A stretch of DNA of 64,000 nucleotides from Acidobacteriota bacterium (GTDB lineage: Bacteria; Acidobacteriota; CAIWXX01): NCBI GenBank assembly GCA_040755995.1, contig JBFMAF010000024.1:64001-128000 (forward strand). The letters are read 5' to 3'. Numbering within the stretch: position 1 is the first letter of the stretch; each line of letters starts with the position of its first letter. Shown here in pieces: positions 28,102-38,185 of this stretch. Under the pieces are notes generated by a model, which worked only from the letters and a program-made list of their open reading frames with translations, was not told the origin of the DNA and ran no database searches. Made by a program: the position numbers and the translations under genes.

Positions 28102-29619
28102 ATGCCGTCGATGCCACGCACAGGTAGACTCGTCTCGGTCATGGCACTCATGGCGTGCGCGCTGATTGTCTCGGGGTCGTGCAGGGTGGAGCGCCCACCG
28201 GGGGCCGCGCCGCCGGGCGAGCGGGGCCTCGAATCGATCGTACGCGAGCTGGAGCAGCAAATGCCCGGTGCGACTGTCGGCGTCCTGGTCGCAGACGCCA
28301 CGACGGGTGAGGAGCTCGTCTCCGCTAACGCCGATCGCCTGTTCGTCCCGGCATCCACCCAGAAGCTCTTCACCACCGCAGCGGCGCTCGAGGAACTGGG
28401 CGGGTCCTATCGCTTCCTCACGCGGGCGATCCTCGCGCCGAACGAGAGAGGCGGCAGCGACCTTGTCCTGATCGGCGGTGGCGACCCTTCGATCGACGGC
28501 ACGGCCGGGGCTTGCCCCGAAGCACTCTTTTCTCAGGTTGCCCTTGCTCTCGCCCGGGCCGGCATGCATCGCATCGATGGAGATGTCGTGGGCGACGACA
28601 GCCGCCTCGGACGCGACTACCATCACCCTTCCTGGCAGCTGGCCGACCTCGACCAGCCCTACGGTGCCCCCGTCTCGGCCCTCACCTTCGATGACAACTC
28701 GGTCGCCATCCGAGTCCAGTCCATTTCGGGGCAGCCTCCGATGGTTGCAACCCCGGCGCCCTACGATGTGACCTCGACGCTGCAGAGCTCCGACCACACC
28801 CAGATTCTCTACGAACGTAGTAATCCCACCGGACCGCTCACCCTGGCAGGCTGGATCGGAACCGACCGCGTGGAAGTGCGCGTGGTGCCGATCGCGCGGC
28901 CGGCGCTCCACTGGGCCGGAGAGCTCAAGCGATACCTCGAGTCCGCCGGGATAGGCGTAGGCGGCTTGGCGCGCGAGCGACTCGGCGACCATCCACCCTC
29001 GCATGGAACGACCATCCTGGAATGGCCGTCGCCTCCACTGCGAGACCTCATACTCCAGGTCAACCAACGCAGCCTGAACCTGTGGGCGGATCTGCTGTAT
29101 AAGACGCTCGGGGAGGAGGTGGTAGGAGACGGTACCTTTGCCGGCGGCGCCGACGCCGTCGCGCTGATGGTTGCACGCGCAGGAATTGGAGCAAGTGATG
29201 TGGTGCTGGTCGACGGCTCGGGCCTGTCTCGAGTCAACCTGGTCACTCCGACGGCACTCGTGAAGCTGCTCTTGCACATGCGCGCGAGTCCCCATGCGAC
29301 CGATTTCGCGTCGAGCCTTCCCGTCGCCGGCCGGGACGGAACGCTCCGGATGCGATTCGCCGGCACGCCGCTCGAAGGCCGGCTCCTCGCCAAGACCGGC
29401 ACCCTCCAGTGGGTCAGTGCAATCGCGGGCTACATTCGCATCTCCCGTGAGCTCGCATTCGCCGTGACGGTCAACGGCCGCCTCGTTTCTTCTGCCGCGT
29501 GCAGCGCCGCGATCGACAAGGCCCTGGTACGAATCGCCGCCGCAATCGAGGCGAAAGGGGAAAGGGACAAGGGCAAATCGATGTACGCGCCATCGCGCAG
29601 CGGTGAGAGCGACCTCTAA
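28102..29619 (+). CDS. dacB: D-Ala-D-Ala carboxypeptidase/endopeptidase (PBP4, peptidase S13)
   Basis: PASTQK (SxxK), GGGDPS, SLN, DGSGLSR, AKTGTL. Confidence 0.92.
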   Translation: MPSMPRTGRLVSVMALMACALIVSGSCRVERPPGAAPPGERGLESIVRELEQQMPGATVGVLVADATTGEELVSANADRLFVPASTQKLFTTAAALEELGGSYRFLTRAILAPNERGGSDLVLIGGGDPSIDGTAGACPEALFSQVALALARAGMHRIDGDVVGDDSRLGRDYHHPSWQLADLDQPYGAPVSALTFDDNSVAIRVQSISGQPPMVATPAPYDVTSTLQSSDHTQILYERSNPTGPLTLAGWIGTDRVEVRVVPIARPALHWAGELKRYLESAGIGVGGLARERLGDHPPSHGTTILEWPSPPLRDLILQVNQRSLNLWADLLYKTLGEEVVGDGTFAGGADAVALMVARAGIGASDVVLVDGSGLSRVNLVTPTALVKLLLHMRASPHATDFASSLPVAGRDGTLRMRFAGTPLEGRLLAKTGTLQWVSAIAGYIRISRELAFAVTVNGRLVSSAACSAAIDKALVRIAAAIEAKGERDKGKSMYAPSRSGESDL

Positions 29620-29666
29620 CCATCCCCTGTCTGTGAGGTATAATCCGACAGGTTAGGAATACGAAC

Positions 29667-31502
29667 ATGAGCTCGGGATTTCTGGAGCAGGTTGAAGAGC
29701 GGGTGCTGGTGTGCGATGGCGCAATGGGCACCATGCTCTACTCCAAGGGAATCTTCATCAACCGCTGCTTCGATGAGCTCAATCTGTCCATGCCCCACCT
29801 CGTGCGTGAAGTGCACGATGCCTACATCGATGTGGGGGTCGACGTCATCGAAACAAACACCTTCGGCGCCAATCCGATAAGGCTGAGATCGCACGGCTTC
29901 GAAGATAAGGTCTCGGACATCAACATGGCGGGGGCGCGAATCGCGCGCGAAGCCGCTGTGGGGCGCGCGTTCGTCGCCGGAAGCATCGGCCCGCTTGGCG
30001 TGCGCGTCGAGCCGTTGGGGCGCCTGAGCCTTCAGGACGCCGTCTCCATCTTCAAGCAGCAGGTCCAGCCGCTGCTCGACGGCGGCGTCGACCTGTTCAT
30101 ACTGGAGACCTTCTACGACTTGAGCGAAATCCGCGCGGCCATCGACTCCGTGCGTGGCCTCTGCGATCTACCGATCGTCGCCCAGATGACGCTCGAAGAC
30201 GACGGCTGCGGGCTCGACGGCACAAGCCCGGAGATCCTGGCCGCGACTCTCGACGAGTGGGGCGCCGACTTGATCGGCTGCAACTGCTCGGTCGGCCCGG
30301 CCATCATGCTCGACTCAGTTGACCGGATGAGCAAGGTGACTCGCAAGCGCCTCAGCGCGCAGCCGAATGCCGGCAAGCCTCGCAGCGTCGAGGGCCGCAA
30401 CCTCTACCTCTGTTCGCCCGAGTACATCGCCACCTACGCGCGCAACTTCATACAGGTAGGCGTGCGACTGGTCGGCGGCTGCTGCGGGACTACCCCCGAG
30501 CACATCCGTGCGGTCAAATCAGCCGTGCGATCATTGCAGCCGGGTCAAGCCAGTATCGGGGTGCTGGGCAAGGCCGAGCGGGGTCCAGAGGTCGAGGCGA
30601 TTCCGCTTGCCGAGAGGTCGAATCTGGGTCGAAAGCTCGCGGCAGGCGAGTTCACGATCTCGGTCGAGATCGTGCCGCCGAGGGGGTGCGATCCGGCCCG
30701 CACGATTGCGGCCGCGAAGTACCTGCAGGAGAGCGGTGTGGACGCCGTGAACATCCCGGATGGGCCGCGGGCGAGCGCGCGCATGAGCGCCCTGGTCACG
30801 GCGACCATGTGCGCTACGGCTGGCATCGAGCCCATCCTGCATCACACCTGCAGGGATCGGAACATCCTGGGCATGCAGTCGGACCTGTTTGGCGCGTTTG
30901 CGATCGGCCTGAAGAACATCCTCGCCGTGACGGGAGATCCGCCGAAGATGGGCGACTACCCTGATGCGACTGCCGTGTTCGACATCGATTCGATCGGGCT
31001 CGTGAAGTTGCTGCGGAACATGAACCATGGACGCGACATCGGCGGCACGCCGCTCGACCGTCCCACCGGCTTCGTGATCGGCGTGGCCGCCAATCCATGT
31101 GCGGTGAATCTCGATGAGGAAGTGAGTCGTTTCGAGCGGAAGGTGCGGGCCGGCGCGGAGTTCGCGATCACGCAGCCGGTGTTCGACGTGTCGGCGCTGA
31201 GGGAGTTTCTGCGGCGGATCGCGCCGTTCCGCATTCCGGTGCTCGCGGGGATCTGGCCTCTGGTGAGCTATCGGAACGCAGAGTTCATGAACAACGAGGT
31301 GCCGGGGGTGGCCGTGCCCCCGGAGGTGCTGGAACGCATGCGAGGGGCGCCGAGCCCCGAGGCGGCGCTGCGGGAGGGCATTGCGATCGCGTGCGAGTCC
31401 ATCCGGAATCTGCGACCCTTGGTTCAAGGGCTGCAGATCAGCGCACCGTTCGGGCGATACGAGCTGCTGGGTGAGCTGATGAGGGGGGCTGATCTTGTCT
31501 GA
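29667..31502 (+). CDS. Bifunctional homocysteine S-methyltransferase / methylenetetrahydrofolate reductase (YitJ-like)
   Basis: DGAMGT, TNTFGAN, NCSVGP, GGCCGTTP; MetF half with VTGDPP and AITQPVFD. Confidence 0.93.
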   Translation: MSSGFLEQVEERVLVCDGAMGTMLYSKGIFINRCFDELNLSMPHLVREVHDAYIDVGVDVIETNTFGANPIRLRSHGFEDKVSDINMAGARIAREAAVGRAFVAGSIGPLGVRVEPLGRLSLQDAVSIFKQQVQPLLDGGVDLFILETFYDLSEIRAAIDSVRGLCDLPIVAQMTLEDDGCGLDGTSPEILAATLDEWGADLIGCNCSVGPAIMLDSVDRMSKVTRKRLSAQPNAGKPRSVEGRNLYLCSPEYIATYARNFIQVGVRLVGGCCGTTPEHIRAVKSAVRSLQPGQASIGVLGKAERGPEVEAIPLAERSNLGRKLAAGEFTISVEIVPPRGCDPARTIAAAKYLQESGVDAVNIPDGPRASARMSALVTATMCATAGIEPILHHTCRDRNILGMQSDLFGAFAIGLKNILAVTGDPPKMGDYPDATAVFDIDSIGLVKLLRNMNHGRDIGGTPLDRPTGFVIGVAANPCAVNLDEEVSRFERKVRAGAEFAITQPVFDVSALREFLRRIAPFRIPVLAGIWPLVSYRNAEFMNNEVPGVAVPPEVLERMRGAPSPEAALREGIAIACESIRNLRPLVQGLQISAPFGRYELLGELMRGADLV

Positions 31503-31589
31503 GCCGCTTCGACCTCGCGACCCTCCAGCTGCGACAGCTATGACGCGTGAGTCGGCGCGAGGTCGTGGTGCAATGCGGAGGAGAGAAGG

Positions 31590-32816
31590 ATGAGAGCTGT
31601 GTGTGTGATGGTGATTGTGGCGGCATCGTCGATGATCCTGCTCGCGGGGAACAACGTCCCGGAGGCGCTGCCGGACCGGGTGATCTTCAAGAATGGGAAC
31701 GCGTTCGATGCCCAGGTGTTGTCCATCGGTGAGGGCAGTGTGCTTCTGCGGACCAGCTTCGGCGAGATGCAGGCCCCGCGGCGCGACATCGCCACGCTGC
31801 TCCTCGGCGGGCATCTCGTGAGCATCGGGCTGGCGTCGGGAGAGAAGATCCGCGGAATTCTCACCGACGATGGATACCAGACCGTGACCGTCAAACAGGG
31901 AACTACCGAGAGGAAGATCAGCCGGGCGGACATCGTGAGCCTGGACAGCATCGTGCGCCTGCAGTTCGACGCGCTGGGCCGTGAGGTGGCCGAGCCACCT
32001 CGGCCGGCGCTCGGCGATGGGCGCCACGTGCTATTCCTCGCGATGACCAAGGACGGCGTTGCAATCGACAACCTCCGGGCGGCCGAGCTGCGACTGAAGG
32101 TTGACGGCGCGTATGTCCCGGTGGAGTCGGTGACGCCTTCTCGTCCCGACAAAGTCACGGTCCTGCTGGATTCGAGCCAATCGATGGGACAGTTGAGGGA
32201 GGAGCTCGTCACTGCCCTTGACAGGTTCGCGAAGGTGCTGCCGCAGGGCACAGCGCTCCAGGTGCTGACCTTCGGCGACGACATCCGGCAGCTCGATCTG
32301 AAGCCTGATATCGCGGAGGCCGTCAAGGGCTGGCCGTTCCAGGGCGGTTCGATTCTGTACGATGCGCTGGCCGCCGGCGTGCGCATCGTCTCTCCCGGCG
32401 GCAAGGATGCGATCGTCCTCATCACCGACGGGTCGGATACCGGAAGCGAGGTTGTGAAATCGCTGGCGATAGAGAAGTTGCGGGGAGCAAACGTGCCCTG
32501 CTACACGATCGGGCTCGTCATGCAGAAGACCAATTCACGAGCCGATACGAACACGATCGACCAGGGGTTTTTGAAAGATGTGGCCGAAGTCAGCGGCGGC
32601 GAGTTCTTCCTGAAGGATCCGAACAAGAAGGACAAGAACCCGGACCTGGCAGTCCTCCTGGAGAAGATCGCCGGCCGGCTCGCGGCAATGCAGAGTCTTC
32701 GCGCCGGCGGCTCCGCCATTCCCCCGGGATGGCACGACATCGACCTCGACACCTCTCGCCCGAACGCCAGGCTCAACTACAAGGACTGGATATACGTTCC
32801 GGCCGAGGCCAGGTAG
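31590..32816 (+). CDS. Secreted VWA-domain protein
   Basis: MIDAS motif LLDSSQSM, LYDAL, LITDGSD; signal peptide. Confidence 0.8.
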   Translation: MRAVCVMVIVAASSMILLAGNNVPEALPDRVIFKNGNAFDAQVLSIGEGSVLLRTSFGEMQAPRRDIATLLLGGHLVSIGLASGEKIRGILTDDGYQTVTVKQGTTERKISRADIVSLDSIVRLQFDALGREVAEPPRPALGDGRHVLFLAMTKDGVAIDNLRAAELRLKVDGAYVPVESVTPSRPDKVTVLLDSSQSMGQLREELVTALDRFAKVLPQGTALQVLTFGDDIRQLDLKPDIAEAVKGWPFQGGSILYDALAAGVRIVSPGGKDAIVLITDGSDTGSEVVKSLAIEKLRGANVPCYTIGLVMQKTNSRADTNTIDQGFLKDVAEVSGGEFFLKDPNKKDKNPDLAVLLEKIAGRLAAMQSLRAGGSAIPPGWHDIDLDTSRPNARLNYKDWIYVPAEAR

Positions 32817-32820
32817 GAGC

Positions 32821-35604
32821 TCATCGCACCTTGGCTACAACCAGCGTCTGATCGTCGTACTGGGGAGCCTCACCGGCGAACCGCTCCACCTCGCCGAGAA
32901 TGCGATCGCGGATCTCGACCGGCGAGCCCTGCGCATGCATCGCTATCAGCCCCGCAAGCCGCTCCTCTCCGAACTCATCCCCCGCCGCGTCCATGGCCTC
33001 CGCGATCCCATCCGTGAAGACGACGAGCACGTCGCCGGGCAGCAGCTGCACAGTCTCCTGCTGGTAGCCGGCGTCGGGGAAAAGCCCCACAACCATGCCG
33101 CCGGTGCCGAGCCGGATGAACTGGAACCCTGTCGCCGGCTGCAGCTCGTGCTGCGCATCGCCGCCGGCACGACCCACCGCCCGGAATAGCATCGGCGGGT
33201 TGTGCCCGGCGTTCACATAGGTCAGAGTCCGGCGGACGTCGTCGTAGAGGCCGTAGAAGAACGTGGCGTACTTGCTGCCGTCGGTTGACCCGTACATCAG
33301 GCGATTGACGATAGCGATGAGTGTGTCGACCGAGTCGCCGCGAAGCGGCGCGTGGCTCCGCAGCAGCGCCTGCAGGGTAGCCATGAGGAGCGACGCGGAT
33401 ATGCCCTTGCCGGAGATGTCGCCGAGCGCGAGTCCCAGCCTGTCATGGCCGAGAGGAATGAAGTCGTAGTAGTCGCCGCCGACACCACGAGCCGCGCGAC
33501 AGATGCCCGTGTAGTCGAGCGTATTCATCGGAGGCATCGACTGAGGGAACAGGTGCGCCTGCACCTCCTTGGCGATCTCGACCTCTCGCTTCAGCTTCTC
33601 CTGCTCGGCCACCTGGCGGATGAGCTGCGAGTAGTCGAGCGCGATTGCGACTTGCTGTCCGACGGTCAGAAGCAGGTCCTTGTCCTCGCGGGTGTACGGC
33701 TCTTCCGAGAGCTTCTCGCCAAGGCTTATGAAGCCGAGCACCCGGTCGCTTGTGGACAAGGGCACTATCAGGCGGGTGTTGAGCCGTTCGAGGAGCTGGC
33801 GCTCCTGGTAGCGTGCGTCGAGAGTGGAGTCGTATCGGACGAGCGCGTGGGCCCAGGACTTCGGGTCGTCGAGATAGACGTCGACCGCGTCGGGCTCAGT
33901 CGATGCTGATTTCTCGAGATAGCGTGCGACGAACGAATCGCCGCGGAAAAACTCGGTCTCCTGCACCGCGATCGCCTCCTGCTCAACGGCCTCCTCTGCC
34001 GACCTGCGACGGTGCCAGCGGCAGGCGTAGCCGTCGCACGCCCGGGCACCGCGGGCAACGAGGGATTCGATGAATCGGTCAGCCCCGGCCGATCCGGCCG
34101 GCTGGGACGGGCCCCGCAGGAAGATCGCGACCCGGTCCGGGTGGAGTGAGTCTCCGACCTGGTCGGCCACGGTCTGCAGCAGCTCCTGCGGCTGCGCCGC
34201 GAGGCGTCTTACGGCCCGTCCGAGATCGGTCAGGATCTGCTGGGAGTTGTAAGCGTCGCGGAAGAACCGGCGATCGATCTTCGGGGTGACACGTCTGTTT
34301 ACCTCGCGCAGGCCGGTGATGAGGGCCAGGGTGAGGGCGACTGTGCTCAGCGCCACGGTGCCTCGGCCTGCGTCTGGGAGCAGCTTCAGGAGCACCGGAC
34401 CGAGACCGAGGAAGACGAGGAGGAACAACAGCGCCGCTTCGACTACGAGGAAGCCGCGCGAGACGAGCGCATACTGGAGCCCGCGGCGCAAGATGACACG
34501 GATACCGAAGACCCGATGCTTCACCACGACGTAGGCGAACGAGAGGGGGAAGAAAGCCAGGCACATGACGACGATCGCGAGCAACCAGTGCGCCATATCC
34601 CGCACACCGACCAGGGCGTCGTAGATGACCAGCGCCGTGACCGGCAGCACGGCGATCGCGGTGCCGGCGAGCAGTATGCGCATTTTCCGCTTGTCGTCCT
34701 TGGTCTGAGCCCCGAGGGTATTCAGCACCAGCGACGCGACGCCGACGAGGAGCATGACCCCGGCCGGGATGACGAAGAAAAGTTTGAAAGGGATGAGTGC
34801 GTCTTGCATGCGTTGCAGCGTGGCGAACGATGTGCTGGCGGCATAGACAGCGAAAACAGTGGGTCCCTGCGCGGCGATCATGAACCAGAGGAACACCGTC
34901 TTGATCCACGGCATCTTTCTGTCCAGCCATGAAGGGGACGGAAAGAGCAGGAAAAAACGCATGAAGAGGTAGAGGATGGCGGAGTTGAGGACGGCGTGCA
35001 AGGCTTCTGCAATCTCCCGCCACCCCGACGGGAACAATCCGTAGTCGACTCCGACGAGCGTCGAGAAACTGAGAAACAGCAAGCTTGCGAGGAAAGCGTT
35101 GTCGTCGTTCGGGCGCGTGAAGCCGATGAAGCAGGCGGTGAGAATGGTGACAAGCGGAAGCACGACCGCGACGCCTACCGGAAGCAGGAGATGGCGGCCC
35201 GCCTTCAGTCGCGGCACGGGAGGCATCTCGACGCGCGACTCCTGCCAGCGGCCTTTCTCGGCCTCTCGGGAGATCAGCAGCGCCCATTGGTTCTCGTAGT
35301 GCACGGCCTTCATCGCATCGCCGTAGTCGGACAAAGAGAGAAGCCTATGCTCTTGCCCCAGTCCATCGTAGACGGCCAGGATTCGATCGCCCGCCTTCAA
35401 GCCGGCACGCCAGGCGGGTGTCTGTCCGGCCAATAGCGTCTTCTCCCTCACCGAATCGATCGTCAGGAATCCGTCGCGGACGGCGGTGCGGTAGCCCTCG
35501 GCACCTGAGATGCTGGGGCCGAGAAAGGTCTGGTAGTTTGTGACAATTCGGGACAGCAGCATCGCACTCGCGATCAAGACCAATATCCAGAAGCGTATCT
35601 TCAT
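32821..35604 (-). CDS. PDZ-TM-GAF SpoIIE/PP2C phosphatase (RsbU-like)
   Basis: AGLKAGDRILAV (PDZ), 7-8 TM helices, VGGDYYDF, GDISGKG, NAGHNPP, FTDGI, DDQTL. Confidence 0.92.
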   Translation of the reverse strand: MKIRFWILVLIASAMLLSRIVTNYQTFLGPSISGAEGYRTAVRDGFLTIDSVREKTLLAGQTPAWRAGLKAGDRILAVYDGLGQEHRLLSLSDYGDAMKAVHYENQWALLISREAEKGRWQESRVEMPPVPRLKAGRHLLLPVGVAVVLPLVTILTACFIGFTRPNDDNAFLASLLFLSFSTLVGVDYGLFPSGWREIAEALHAVLNSAILYLFMRFFLLFPSPSWLDRKMPWIKTVFLWFMIAAQGPTVFAVYAASTSFATLQRMQDALIPFKLFFVIPAGVMLLVGVASLVLNTLGAQTKDDKRKMRILLAGTAIAVLPVTALVIYDALVGVRDMAHWLLAIVVMCLAFFPLSFAYVVVKHRVFGIRVILRRGLQYALVSRGFLVVEAALLFLLVFLGLGPVLLKLLPDAGRGTVALSTVALTLALITGLREVNRRVTPKIDRRFFRDAYNSQQILTDLGRAVRRLAAQPQELLQTVADQVGDSLHPDRVAIFLRGPSQPAGSAGADRFIESLVARGARACDGYACRWHRRRSAEEAVEQEAIAVQETEFFRGDSFVARYLEKSASTEPDAVDVYLDDPKSWAHALVRYDSTLDARYQERQLLERLNTRLIVPLSTSDRVLGFISLGEKLSEEPYTREDKDLLLTVGQQVAIALDYSQLIRQVAEQEKLKREVEIAKEVQAHLFPQSMPPMNTLDYTGICRAARGVGGDYYDFIPLGHDRLGLALGDISGKGISASLLMATLQALLRSHAPLRGDSVDTLIAIVNRLMYGSTDGSKYATFFYGLYDDVRRTLTYVNAGHNPPMLFRAVGRAGGDAQHELQPATGFQFIRLGTGGMVVGLFPDAGYQQETVQLLPGDVLVVFTDGIAEAMDAAGDEFGEERLAGLIAMHAQGSPVEIRDRILGEVERFAGEAPQYDDQTLVVAKVR

Positions 35605-35918
35605 CTGCCTCGATCCTCGCGCGCTATTATGCACGTGGTGCCGGGACGCCGCAACAGCGGCGGTTCCGCCGTGATCCGGCGGTCCTCCTCGCGCCCGCGG
35701 GCGTAGACTATACAGCGCGTCATAAGTCCACGACAGATTTCAACACTTCGGAGCAGCGTATGACGCGCTGTATAGGTGCTCGACGCGGCGCGCGGCAATT
35801 GACCCGAGGCCCGCACAGGGCATCGACAAGGGTGCTGGCGGCACGCAGAGCGCGCGCTGCAGACCCGGTCCCGTGACTCCACGCGAGGCGGAGCGCGCCA
35901 CCTGGAACAGGACCGGAC

Positions 35919-36752
35919 CTATTTCGGGCCGCCCTGCGCCTTCTCCTGCGACTCGTTCCGCATCCTCACCATCTGCGCATACTCCCCGTCCCTCGGGCAC
36001 ACCTCGTCCAGCGTCTCCGACAGCCTCAGCGCGTCCGCCGCGCACTGCCAGTTGCCCAGATAGTAGTGGGCCATGCCGATGTGGTAGTAGGGCAGATAGT
36101 CCAGGTACCACATTCCGTATGTGCGATTCAGGCGTCCGGGCTGCGTCTTCCGGTCCGAAGCGATCAGCAGCGCGTCCAATGCCTGCTGCCAGTCGTTCTT
36201 CTTTGCAAGCTCCATCCCGAGCTCGTAATGGTAGTACCACGGATAGACGCTCGTGTCGCTCACACGGACCAGCCCGCATCGCTGCCGCACCATGTCCTTC
36301 AGGCGATCGACCTCCACCGTGCTCAGCACGCCCGGTTTCCGGGCGGGCGTCGTCGCCGGCCTCGCCGCCGCCTGCGCGTCGGCAAGAAGCATCTTGTATC
36401 TGAGCAGGACGCCCTTGCCTACATCCGATTTCAAGACCACCGCCTTCTCCTCGGACTTCTGCAGGTACGCACGAGCCTCGGTGGCATTTCCAAGATGATA
36501 ATAAGCGATTCCCAGATTCAGGTAGGGGAGATAGTCGACGTACCGGAAATTCCCGAGATTCACCTGGAGCACCGGCGTGGGATTCAACCGGATCGCCTGT
36601 TTCAAGAGATCCACGGCGGTCGTGTAGTCGTGTTGTTCGAGCGCGATGAGGGCGCGATCATAGAGGTCGGCCCAGGTCTCCTGCAGGGACCGCGCAGGGG
36701 AGGATGTGGCCAGGAGCAACGAGATCAGGAGTGTGACGCGTATGAGCCTCAT
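35919..36752 (-). CDS. Secreted TPR-repeat protein
   Basis: Signal peptide; two DYLPY..GxAxYxLG TPR modules. Confidence 0.8.
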   Translation of the reverse strand: MRLIRVTLLISLLLATSSPARSLQETWADLYDRALIALEQHDYTTAVDLLKQAIRLNPTPVLQVNLGNFRYVDYLPYLNLGIAYYHLGNATEARAYLQKSEEKAVVLKSDVGKGVLLRYKMLLADAQAAARPATTPARKPGVLSTVEVDRLKDMVRQRCGLVRVSDTSVYPWYYHYELGMELAKKNDWQQALDALLIASDRKTQPGRLNRTYGMWYLDYLPYYHIGMAHYYLGNWQCAADALRLSETLDEVCPRDGEYAQMVRMRNESQEKAQGGPK

Positions 36753-36989
36753 GATTCCCTCCTTGTTGTCTCCCACAAAGCTAGTGCACTTTGGCGGGCG
36801 GCGCAAGGTACGTTTGCCACAGGAGTGATAAGGGTCACAGAATGCCGGCGTGCTGAGCTCGAAGACGGCTCGACAATCAGCGCCCTTGTCCGTCGCCGTA
36901 CCCGGTTCCGATCGGGCCGGGGTACGGGGAGCGGCCTGCGGCGTGCGTGCAACCGAGAAATGGGCCTGTGGGGCTGAGGCCCCGCCTCG

Positions 36990-38075
36990 CTACGGTGTCG
37001 AAGATCCGACCCACTTGGATGCTGTGTCGCCACAGACGGTGACGTAGGGCTCGAATGTTTCGAGCTGCTTGTTGGTGCCGAGCACGATCAGAACGTCGCC
37101 GCCTTCGAGCTTGAGGTTCGCTTCCGGGTTTGGGAAAAGGGACTCGGCCCGGCGCACTGCGACGACACCGACGCCGCACTTCCGCCTCAGGTCGAGCTCG
37201 GCCAGGGTGCGTCCCGCGAGAGGGCTGGTGGGGAGAAGGAGCGCCTCTTCCAGGCGCAGCTCCTCGCCCGGCGGCCCGAGCGAAAAGTCGAGGAAGTCGA
37301 CGACTGTCGGCTTGACCAGCAGGTGGGCAAGGCGCGAGCCGCCGAGCTGATAGAGGTTCACGGCGCGGTTGGCCCCGGCCCTCAAGATCCGCGCCTCCGC
37401 CCCCTCCTCGCTCGCGCGGGCCACAATGAACAAGTTCGGGTTGAGCGATCGCGCCGTGAGGACGGTGTAGACGTTGTGCGCATCATCGTCCAGACACGCC
37501 ACGAGCCCGTGGGCGCGTTCTACTCCGGCGGATCTCAGCACGGCTTCGGAGGTCGCGTCGCCGGCCACCACAGGCACACCCATCTCTGTGAGGCGCCTCA
37601 CCTTCTCCGGGTCGTGCTCGACGACGACAACGGACGCCCGGCGCCTCAGCCGCAGCTCGTCGACCACCGCCTCGCCCATTCTCCCCCAGCCGCAGACGAT
37701 CTCATGTTTCGACATACGCTCAATCATGCGCGACCTCCTCGCATGCCCGAACAACTCGATCAGCTCCCCTTCCAGTACAGTACGCGCAATGTCGGTGGCC
37801 ACCAACAGGATCATTCCGAGACCTGCCAGCAGCAGGAGCACCGTGAAGGCCTGTCCGGCCTGCGACAGTGGAAACACCTCTCGGTATCCGACCGTCGTCA
37901 GCGTTATGGCCGTCATGTAGAAAGAATCCCAGTACGTCGCACCCTCGATCAGATGGTATCCCAGCGTGCCAAATGCCAGGACGGCGGCAATGACGAGCGC
38001 CGAGCGGACGAGCCGAGTCCAGAGCTGCACGCCTGAGCCGGCGATCACGTGGGACCGAACGGAACGCGATTCCAT
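36990..38075 (-). CDS. Potassium channel with TrkA-N/TrkA-C (RCK) domains
   Basis: 2 TM plus pore TLTTVGYRE, GWGRMG, GDAT, C-terminal TrkA-C. Confidence 0.9.
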   Translation of the reverse strand: MESRSVRSHVIAGSGVQLWTRLVRSALVIAAVLAFGTLGYHLIEGATYWDSFYMTAITLTTVGYREVFPLSQAGQAFTVLLLLAGLGMILLVATDIARTVLEGELIELFGHARRSRMIERMSKHEIVCGWGRMGEAVVDELRLRRRASVVVVEHDPEKVRRLTEMGVPVVAGDATSEAVLRSAGVERAHGLVACLDDDAHNVYTVLTARSLNPNLFIVARASEEGAEARILRAGANRAVNLYQLGGSRLAHLLVKPTVVDFLDFSLGPPGEELRLEEALLLPTSPLAGRTLAELDLRRKCGVGVVAVRRAESLFPNPEANLKLEGGDVLIVLGTNKQLETFEPYVTVCGDTASKWVGSSTP

Positions 38076-38185
38076 CGGCTAGTGCACCTGTCCGCCGCCA
38101 TCGCCTGCGGGCGCCCGCCCACGTATCGCGCGGGCGCCGGCTCTCATCCTCGGCAGGCGCGGTCGAATGCCCATCGTCTGGTTCG

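Noticed and set aside
29620..29666. SAM riboswitch before the methionine-synthesis fusion gene
   Set aside because: The spacer is only 47 bp and I saw no S-box motifs.
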